Shown here: positions 26,374 through 32,698 of the stretch, piece after piece
Layout: every line of letters begins with the position of its first letter
Numbering within the stretch: the first letter of the stretch is position 1
Source: Candidatus Moranbacteria bacterium CG_4_9_14_3_um_filter_45_14
GTDB lineage: Bacteria > Patescibacteriota > Minisyncoccia > Moranbacterales > UBA1568
Assembly: GCA_002790675.1 (NCBI GenBank)
Contig: PFVP01000032.1
Coordinates: forward strand, 1-32,698
Direction of reading: 5' to 3'
Length of the DNA: 32,698 nt
Program-made: the position numbers and the translations under genes
The notes under the pieces: model-generated
The model's input: the letters and a program-made list of their open reading frames with translations, nothing else
What the model was told of the DNA's origin: nothing
Databases searched by the model: none

Positions 26374-27279
26374 TTAAATTGAAAAAAAGAGTTTTTCTAG
26401 AAGCAATCGTGCGTTACTCTGTGTCGTTTTGAGCAGTGTCAGCGTCTGTTCCGCTTCCTCAAGCAATCTGAAGAAGCGCGCTGTGCGACGGATATCAGTC
26501 TCTTTGAGAGCCTGCGTATGCAGTCCCGGCAACCACCATTCCAGAAGCCGTATCGATTCAGGAACGTTTTTTGCCAATTCTTCAGCCAGTCCCAATCGCT
26601 CACCGAGTGTCAATGAAGAAAGCCGGAAAAGGCGTCCGAGTTTCTCCTGTTCTTTCGTGAAACTTTGCGGATCAAGCACCGCTTGCACGATCATCCCTGG
26701 TCTTCCGAGAGAAAAAAAGAAAGAAGCGATAGGATATTCATTTTTTCTCACAAAGAGAGCATCGATATCGTTCTCGATTTCTTTCTCTGGGACATAGTCG
26801 AAACGGATACGTTCGACACGGGAAAGAATGGTCGGTATGATGCTTCCCACCTCATGGGTGATGAGAATCATCACCGCGGACGGGTTCGGTTCTTCGAGAG
26901 TTTTCAAAATGACATTCTGCGCGGCAAGAGAAAGCTTCTGCGCATCTTCTATGATCGCCACTCGGAAACGCCCCACCGCAGGAAATCGGGCAAGAAAAGA
27001 GAGTACATCACGCATCGTTTCCACTCCGATACTTTTTTGTTTCGTCACGCTATGTTTCGTTTCTTCCTCCGGTTTCACGACAAGCACATCGAAAGGATAC
27101 GGTTTGTTTTCATTCGGTTCGAAGGATGGTTCGGAAACAAGTTCCATCGCGAATTCCAAAGCGCACAGACTTTTCCCCACGCTTTGCGGTCCGACAAAAA
27201 GATATCCCTGAGAGATTTTATTTTCTTGAGCCAATTTCTTCAATCGCTCTCTTTCTTTGTGATGGCCGATGATTTTCAT
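26374..27279 (-). CDS. holB: DNA polymerase III delta-prime subunit
   Basis: N-terminus IIGHHKERERLKKL...SQGYLFVGPQSVGKSLCALEFA (degenerate P-loop), AIIEDAQKLSLAAQNVILKTLEEP and ILSRV. About 300 aa. Confidence 0.8.
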   Translation of the reverse strand: MKIIGHHKERERLKKLAQENKISQGYLFVGPQSVGKSLCALEFAMELVSEPSFEPNENKPYPFDVLVVKPEEETKHSVTKQKSIGVETMRDVLSFLARFPAVGRFRVAIIEDAQKLSLAAQNVILKTLEEPNPSAVMILITHEVGSIIPTILSRVERIRFDYVPEKEIENDIDALFVRKNEYPIASFFFSLGRPGMIVQAVLDPQSFTKEQEKLGRLFRLSSLTLGERLGLAEELAKNVPESIRLLEWWLPGLHTQALKETDIRRTARFFRLLEEAEQTLTLLKTTQSNARLLLEKLFFSI

Positions 27280-27306
27280 AGCTTGAAGATTTTCAACTGT
27301 AAGATT

Positions 27307-28461
27307 TCAATCAATATGTGCTCCTATGAATTTTCTCATACTTTCCTGAAAATTTTCTTTCGTCAGATGGGCGACCGATTGTTTCATCAACGCTTTATCA
27401 TATTTCCCTTCATTCTGTAGAAAACGCAACACCCCTTCGGCGATGATTTCTGGCGTCGCCGAATGGAATAATTCCCCGGTCTTCCCCTGCTGTACGATCT
27501 CCTTCACACCGCCATACGCATAGGCGATTACGGGCGTACCGAAAGAAAGTGCTTCCGCGATAACCATTCCGAAATCTTCTTCTGAGGGGAACAAAACTGC
27601 CCGTGCACCACTATAAAGCCTGACAAGTTCGCTCTCTTCGACAAATCCTCTGAAAACGATATTCTTTTCTGCCATTCCTTCAAGAGCCTGACGCTGTGGA
27701 CCATCACCGACAATCACCATGGGAAGTTCCAGTTTGTTGAAGGCCTCGATGACCTTATCGATTTTCTTGGAACGGGTCAGGCGAGAAACGACAAGAAAAT
27801 GTGTACGTTCTGCAATCGTTCTCTGAGATGAAGGCTCCAAAGATTTCTCAAACAATGCGAGAGCTCCGGGATATACCACCGTACTTTCACGCCGATAGTA
27901 TTTCTTCACCCGAGCCTCTGTAAATTTCGAATTCACCAAAAGTGCATCCGGACGCTCTGCCGCCTGTCTGTCCCACACACGGAGATAGCTCATAAACATA
28001 CGCAGAAGAATCTTCCTCTTCCCGCGTGCCCCGAATTCTCCCAAATACTGTTCGTGATAATCCCACGCGTAACGCATCGGAGAATGTAGATACGCGATAT
28101 GTTTCGTATTGAGGCGTGTGATGATGCCTTTGCTCCAGGCTCCGGAAGAAGATATCACCAGATCAAAATCCCGCAAATCAAACGACTCAACCGCAACGGG
28201 AAAAAATGGCAGAAAGAATCGATAACGTTTTTTCAAAAAACGTGGCAATTTCGATAGCCACGACACCCGGATATCGCGCCCTTTAAAATACTCTCCCATC
28301 CGTTCTTTATCATAGAGGAGCGTATAGATCGGCGCCTCGGGATACATCTCTGCTATCGCTTCGAATACCCGTTCCGCACCGCCATAAGCCACCAAAAAAT
28401 CATGCACCAATGCCACCTTTTTTGGCTTATCAGAGGTATCTTGTGAGGGTTGACTTTCCAT
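27307..28461 (-). CDS. glycosyltransferase family 4 (GT-B, group 1)
   Basis: N-terminus VALVHDFLVAYGGAERV and an E-x7-E region, FPSEEDFGMVIAEALSFGTPVIAYAYGGVKEIV. Confidence 0.8.
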   Translation of the reverse strand: MESQPSQDTSDKPKKVALVHDFLVAYGGAERVFEAIAEMYPEAPIYTLLYDKERMGEYFKGRDIRVSWLSKLPRFLKKRYRFFLPFFPVAVESFDLRDFDLVISSSGAWSKGIITRLNTKHIAYLHSPMRYAWDYHEQYLGEFGARGKRKILLRMFMSYLRVWDRQAAERPDALLVNSKFTEARVKKYYRRESTVVYPGALALFEKSLEPSSQRTIAERTHFLVVSRLTRSKKIDKVIEAFNKLELPMVIVGDGPQRQALEGMAEKNIVFRGFVEESELVRLYSGARAVLFPSEEDFGMVIAEALSFGTPVIAYAYGGVKEIVQQGKTGELFHSATPEIIAEGVLRFLQNEGKYDKALMKQSVAHLTKENFQESMRKFIGAHID

Positions 28462-28525
28462 AAAATATATACTATACTGTAGGGTAAACTAATTTTGGTT
28501 TATGTTTCTCAAAAAGGAGAATCAA

Positions 28526-28714
28526 ATGAACTGGAACAACCTATTTATAAGCATCATCGTTGGAGAGTTTGCGGGGTTGGTGGTTCTAGAGATAGAACCA
28601 TCCGAACGAATCGCCTGGTATTTTGCCACTTTCCTAGCGACGACACTCCTGTGGCTAATATTCATGACTTTGGTGGATATTCGCAACAGGTTACCGCCAC
28701 CGCCGGAGCCATAA
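28526..28714 (+). CDS. putative 62-aa two-TM membrane peptide ending in a polyproline run
   Basis: The SD AAGGAG lies 6 nt upstream of the ATG at 28526. Two hydrophobic helices (LFISIIVGEFAGLVVL, IAWYFATFLATTLLWLIFMTLV). The C-terminus is RLPPPPEP. It sits in a 317-bp gap between two minus-strand GT genes. Confidence 0.45.
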   Translation: MNWNNLFISIIVGEFAGLVVLEIEPSERIAWYFATFLATTLLWLIFMTLVDIRNRLPPPPEP

Positions 28715-28778
28715 ACCTGGCGCAATGCGCCCCACCCGAAACGGTCCCACCAATATGTGCGTGACCGTTTCAAACTTT

Positions 28779-29993
28779 TTAGAGCATCTCTCCAATTTCC
28801 TCGGCGCAACGCACCCAACCGAAGCGACTCACATTCTGGGTCGCTTTTTCTATTATACCATTTCGGAGGTTCTTCTCCGAAAGGACTTTCCAAACGCCTT
28901 CTCTGATACTTTCCGCGCTCTTTGGGTTCATATACATCGCCCCCCTCTCACCGCCGACTTCCGGCAAAGACGAGACAGCAGATGTCACCACCGGCACGCC
29001 AACCGACTGCGCTTCCAGAACAGGAATGCCAAATCCTTCATACAGGGAAGGGAACAAAAAAACATCCGCTCCTCTGAGCAACTCCCACTTCTCTGCTTCA
29101 TCAACATACCCCATTTCCGTAATATAAATAGAGGATGGAGAGTGAAAGATAGAGGATGCTATCCTTTCATAGCCATAGCCCGGTTTTCCAACCAGTACCA
29201 ACCGATGAGGGATGTTTTTCTCCCTTTTCAAAATATTGAATGCTTCGATGATTCGAATGATATTCTTCCTTTCTTCTAACCTGCCGATGAAAAGGAGGTA
29301 GGGCGTATCCTGTATGCTGTATTTCGCATCTGATGCGTCATACGTGTTCTCATACCCCTCATATATCACGTGAATTTTTTCTTCCGGGACATCGTACAGA
29401 CGCATGACATCTTTTTTGGTGTTTTCTGAAACACAGATAACAGCTTCCGAAGCAGAGCAGGAAAAACGGATGGACAGTTGCATATACAGACGATCCAGAA
29501 ATGAATAGCTGTCTTTGCAAAATTCATATTCCAAACCATGAATGGTGACAATGGTTTTCTTCAACCCACCTGCGACACTATGCTCGAATGAACAAGAAGA
29601 TATTCTGTGAAAAACTTTCCTTATAAATACAGCTACACTGCTGTATAAAAGCGTAGCATTGCGGGCAGGATGAATAAAAGGCACAGTATGTGCGGGAACA
29701 AACAGAATATCTGGTGTATGTAAAACCATTTCGATAGAAAGCGCTATCTGTGTCCAAAAGCGCGGTGCCCAGATGCCCCGCACGCTCCAATTGAAAGGAA
29801 GAGGGAAATCGATTTCTGGGAGAACAAAATGGAAGGAGCTATTCCGAAAAACAATCTTCTTGCGCACATACAAAATCACCTGTTTCTGAGGGAGAATGAC
29901 TTCTCGTAAATGTTTTATCGTTTGATAAGCATATTCCTCGATCCCCGTCCGTCGTTTCAAGAATGCCCTCGATGCATCGATGCCGATTACCAT
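28779..29993 (-). CDS. glycosyltransferase family 4 (GT-B, mannosyltransferase-like)
   Basis: Begins MVIGIDASRAFLKRRTGIEEY from the ATG at 29993; the track start at 30026 adds 11 repeat-derived codons. E-x7-E region: FPSLYEGFGIPVLEAQSVGVPVVTS. Confidence 0.8.
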   Translation of the reverse strand: MVIGIDASRAFLKRRTGIEEYAYQTIKHLREVILPQKQVILYVRKKIVFRNSSFHFVLPEIDFPLPFNWSVRGIWAPRFWTQIALSIEMVLHTPDILFVPAHTVPFIHPARNATLLYSSVAVFIRKVFHRISSCSFEHSVAGGLKKTIVTIHGLEYEFCKDSYSFLDRLYMQLSIRFSCSASEAVICVSENTKKDVMRLYDVPEEKIHVIYEGYENTYDASDAKYSIQDTPYLLFIGRLEERKNIIRIIEAFNILKREKNIPHRLVLVGKPGYGYERIASSIFHSPSSIYITEMGYVDEAEKWELLRGADVFLFPSLYEGFGIPVLEAQSVGVPVVTSAVSSLPEVGGERGAMYMNPKSAESIREGVWKVLSEKNLRNGIIEKATQNVSRFGWVRCAEEIGEML

Positions 29994-30058
29994 AACAATT
30001 AACAAAAAACAATTAACAAAAAACAATCTTTACCGCTGACTGTTGGCTGTTAATTGTT
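29994..30058. repeat. tandem 14-nt direct repeat plus matching inverted copy between mreB and the GT4 gene
   Basis: caattaacaaaaaa occurs twice (29996-30009 and 30010-30023). aacaattaaca (30008-30018) is the exact reverse complement of tgttaattgtt (30048-30058). Confidence 0.5.
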
Positions 30059-30064
30059 AACTGA

Positions 30065-31081
30065 TTATTTTGCTAACATAATACTCCGCTTATACACTTC
30101 CAAATTCTCGAGCACGATGCCAGTACCTTTCACGACACAAAACGCCGGATCATCAGCCACATAACAGGGCACATTGATGGTCTTCGATATGAGCTGATCC
30201 AGATATTTCAGCTGTGCCGTTCCTCCGGAAAGTACCATACCCTTGTCCATAATATCAGCGGCAAGCTCCGGCGGTGTCTCCTGCAAGACTTGCTTGATGA
30301 CATTGACGATTTCACGCAATTCATCTTGGATAGCCTCCGTCACTTCGTTCGAAGAAATGGTGACTGTTTTCGGCAAACCTCCCATCAGATCGCGTCCGCG
30401 CACTTCGATATGGTCTTCTTTCACCTGTGCGATGGCAGAACCAATCTTAATTTTGATCTCCTCAGCCGTCCGATCCCCGATGGCGAGACTGTACTTCCGT
30501 TTGATATAATCAGAAATCGCCTGATCGATACGATTACCACCGACGCGAGCACTATGAGCGGCAACAATTCCTCCCAAAGAAATGATAGCGATTTCCGATG
30601 TTCCGCCACCGATATTGATGATCATATTTCCCTGTGCCGCGTGGATAGGAATGCCCGCCCCGATAGCCGCCAAAATCGGTTCCTTCACGACATAGGCTGT
30701 TTTGGCACCGGCTTTGAGAGCGGCATCGATGACGGCACGGCGCTCCGTCGAAGTCACTCCTGCCGGAATAGAGAGGACGACTTCCGGACGGAAAAAACGC
30801 AGACGACCGCTCATGCGATTCAAAAAATATTTGAGCATCGCTTCCGTCACGCGATAATCGGCGATAGCTCCATCTTTGAGTGGTTGGCTAGCCACGATTG
30901 TATCTGGCGTACGTCCGAGCATCTCCTTGGCTTCATTCCCGACAGCAATCACTTTGTTTTCAAACAAAGAAATCGCCACGACGGAAGGTTCATTGATTAC
31001 CACGCCTTGACCAGGAACGAAAACAAGCGTATTCGTCGTTCCGAGATCAATGCCAATTTTTCGTAAAAACATCGGTTTCAT
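30065..31081 (-). CDS. mreB: rod shape-determining actin homologue MreB
   Basis: IGIDLGTTNTLVFV, NEPSVVA, INIGGGTSEIAIISLGG and GMVLSGGTAQL. The start could instead be the ATG at 31072. Confidence 0.93.
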   Translation of the reverse strand: MKPMFLRKIGIDLGTTNTLVFVPGQGVVINEPSVVAISLFENKVIAVGNEAKEMLGRTPDTIVASQPLKDGAIADYRVTEAMLKYFLNRMSGRLRFFRPEVVLSIPAGVTSTERRAVIDAALKAGAKTAYVVKEPILAAIGAGIPIHAAQGNMIINIGGGTSEIAIISLGGIVAAHSARVGGNRIDQAISDYIKRKYSLAIGDRTAEEIKIKIGSAIAQVKEDHIEVRGRDLMGGLPKTVTISSNEVTEAIQDELREIVNVIKQVLQETPPELAADIMDKGMVLSGGTAQLKYLDQLISKTINVPCYVADDPAFCVVKGTGIVLENLEVYKRSIMLAK

Positions 31082-31129
31082 ATCTGAGAATGAAATATAT
31101 GATATTCTTGAAATTCAAACCGCTTCTCC

Positions 31130-32419
31130 CTATACTCCCGCCACTATGCATATCCCTTCCGTCTCGACTCTTTTGATCCGCGCGCCGATCTTCTGTAACC
31201 GCTCTTCTATCCTCTCATAACCGCGATCCACCTGATAGATATCTTCGATGATCGTCTTCCCATTCGCACACAATGCCGCAATGATGAGAGCCGCCCCTGC
31301 GCGTAGATCATAACTCTTTATCACGGTACCGTGAAGTTCCGTTTTACCGTGTACCACTACCTGATGAGGATTGAGTACCGTAGCCTGCGCACCCATCTTC
31401 AGCAATTCAGGCACATAATTGAAACGACCTTCGAAGAGAGAGTCATGTATGAGCGTCTCCCCTTGTGCCTGCGTCGCAAGGACTCCGAAAGGCGCTTGTA
31501 CATCGGTCGGTACGCCTGGATATGTACGCGTATCAATTTTAGCGACTGCTTTCAATTTTTTTGTCGGAAGGATCGTAATGCTATTTCTCTTCACCAAAAA
31601 ATTCACACCGCATTCACGCATCTTTTCCAACACGAGATCGAGATGTTCTGCACGCGCATTCTTGACGGTGATAGTGCTTCCTGTGGCAGCGCCAAGAATG
31701 AGAAATGTCGCTGCTTCATTAGCATCAGAGATAATAGCGTGTTTCCCTCCATGTAATGTTTTCGAACCTACTATTTCAAGAGTGTGCGTTCCGAGACCGT
31801 TGATCTTCGCGCCCATCGTCACAAGAAATTTCCCGAGATCCTCCACGTGCGGTTCAGTGGCCGCGATCTTGATGATCGTTTTCCCTGACATACCGGCTGC
31901 GAGCATCATCGCGTTTTCCGTCGCTGTCACTGACATTTCTCGCAAAACAATCTGATCTGCTTTTCGACTACTGGCATCTACCACATATTTCTTTCCACGA
32001 GAAGATATTTTCACCCCAAGTTTTTGGAGCGCATCAAAATGGGTGCCGACCGGTCTCGTTCCGATCACACAACCGCCTGGATGATAAAACGAAAAATTTT
32101 CAAAACGCGTTGCAAGTGGTCCGAGCAACAGAATAGACGAACGGATTTTTTTCATTGCAGAAGCGTCTATCTTGGTCGGATCGATATCCTTGGCCGTGAT
32201 AGCCACTGTCCGTTTGCCACGCCACTCCACTTTCGCTCCCATACTCTGCAGAATCGCAAGCATACAGAAAACGTCCTCAATGAGAGGCAAATTGGCAAGC
32301 ACACAGGTTTCTTTCGTCAGAAGAGTGGCTGCCAGGATCGGTGTCGTCGCGTTCTTGGATCCGCTGACTAAAATCTCACCTGTAAGCCGTTTTCCCCCTT
32401 CGATTTCAAAAACTTCCAT
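31130..32419 (-). CDS. murA: UDP-N-acetylglucosamine 1-carboxyvinyltransferase
   Basis: MEVFEIEGGKRLTGEILVSGSKNATTPILAATLL, HPGGCVIGTRPVGTH (active-site Cys loop) and DRGYERIEERL. I moved the start to the ATG at 32419; the track start at 32443 is a TTG lying inside the predicted promoter. Confidence 0.93.
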   Translation of the reverse strand: MEVFEIEGGKRLTGEILVSGSKNATTPILAATLLTKETCVLANLPLIEDVFCMLAILQSMGAKVEWRGKRTVAITAKDIDPTKIDASAMKKIRSSILLLGPLATRFENFSFYHPGGCVIGTRPVGTHFDALQKLGVKISSRGKKYVVDASSRKADQIVLREMSVTATENAMMLAAGMSGKTIIKIAATEPHVEDLGKFLVTMGAKINGLGTHTLEIVGSKTLHGGKHAIISDANEAATFLILGAATGSTITVKNARAEHLDLVLEKMRECGVNFLVKRNSITILPTKKLKAVAKIDTRTYPGVPTDVQAPFGVLATQAQGETLIHDSLFEGRFNYVPELLKMGAQATVLNPHQVVVHGKTELHGTVIKSYDLRAGAALIIAALCANGKTIIEDIYQVDRGYERIEERLQKIGARIKRVETEGICIVAGV

Positions 32420-32426
32420 ATAGATG

Positions 32427-32455
32427 AGTATAGCCCAGAACAAGCTTTAAATCAA
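32427..32455 (-). promoter_or_regulatory. putative promoter giving leaderless murA mRNA
   Basis: On the minus strand: TTGATT (32455-32450), a 17-nt spacer, TATACT (32432-32427), then 7 nt to the ATG at 32419. No SD is present. Confidence 0.4.
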
Positions 32456-32491
32456 TACTGCACCAACTGAAAAAATCAAAGCATATTTTAT

Positions 32492-32537
32492 AAAAGAAAA
32501 CGAAAAAGCCGTACGGATACTATGGTATCGGCACGGC
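32492..32537 (-). terminator. intrinsic terminator of an upstream minus-strand transcript
   Basis: 12-position stem with 10 pairs (32508-32519 with 32526-32537). On the minus strand it is followed by UUUUUCGUUUUCUUUU. Confidence 0.5.
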
Positions 32538-32563
32538 CTCTCTGACCTCTCTTTCGAAAGGCG

Positions 32564-32588
32564 AAGGCAAAGGAATTTGCCTTGTTTT
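32564..32588 (+). terminator. plus-strand terminator-like hairpin
   Basis: Stem aaggcaaa/tttgcctt (8 bp) capped by a GGAA tetraloop, then gtttt. Confidence 0.4.
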
Positions 32589-32598
32589 AAGTAAATTT

Positions 32599-32633
32599 TT
32601 TGCCTGCCTACGGCAGGTAAATTTTTTGTTTTT
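32599..32633 (+). terminator. plus-strand intrinsic terminator
   Basis: 10-bp stem (32599-32608 with 32612-32621, one G-U pair), loop tac, followed by ttttttgttttt. Confidence 0.55.
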
Positions 32634-32698
32634 AAAGAACCTCTTTTCTTTCCCCAAGAGAATCGCCGACTCTTCAGCGTATTTTCTTGGAAAAAGAA

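Noticed and set aside
26665-27420. Long antisense ORFs inside well-supported genes (251 aa opposite holB; also 258 aa at 30290-31066 opposite mreB, 229 aa at 15655-16344 opposite the ATPase, 180 aa at 2511-3053 opposite rpsB, 195 aa at 23775-24362 opposite the second GT-C gene, and 183 aa at 19549-20100 opposite the LysM gene)
   Set aside because: Each lies entirely within a gene whose opposite-strand product has clear family motifs. Their sequences are Ser/Arg/Phe-rich shadow frames without motifs.
1-32698. Possibility of an alternative genetic code (UGA recoding, as in some CPR lineages), since RF1 is present and no RF2 is seen
   Set aside because: TGA terminates at least three well-delimited genes (stops at 446, 8392 and 20497) whose ends fit neighbouring features. 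All long conserved genes are intact under code 11. RF2 is simply outside the window.

Overview
This is a 32.7-kb chromosomal segment, roughly 40% GC by eye, densely packed with housekeeping genes. It uses the standard genetic code: TGA, TAG and TAA all occur as stops. Short EF-Ts, an extended S2, many membrane-anchored orphan proteins and several glycosyltransferases suggest a small-genome Patescibacteria/CPR-like bacterium, but that is inference only. Reading left to right, the minus-strand genes are: a tRNA-Thr/tRNA-Tyr pair, with tRNA-Tyr split by a 197-nt group I intron; an abutting HTH+LAGLIDADG-like gene; a TPR protein; tsf; and rpsB. The plus-strand genes are rpmE, prfA and prmC. Next come an unannotated 31-aa lysine-rich micro-ORF, a DUF192 protein, a WecA-like transferase, rmuC and a wHTH regulator. 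These are followed by a convergent pair of ~830-aa membrane proteins. One of the pair is a T4SS coupling-protein/VirB4-like P-loop ATPase that closes a five-gene minus-strand operon, which also encodes a 919-aa LysM membrane protein and three orphan proteins. The window ends with two GT-C (PMT/ArnT-like) glycosyltransferases, ftsQ, holB, two GT4 glycosyltransferases, mreB and murA. The best candidates for new biology are the ATPase/LysM orphan operon, the intron-containing tRNA-Tyr with its neighbouring endonuclease-like gene, the lysine-rich micro-protein, a MITE-like inverted repeat, and a stem-loop array at the right edge. No rRNA, CRISPR array or intact IS/transposase was seen.
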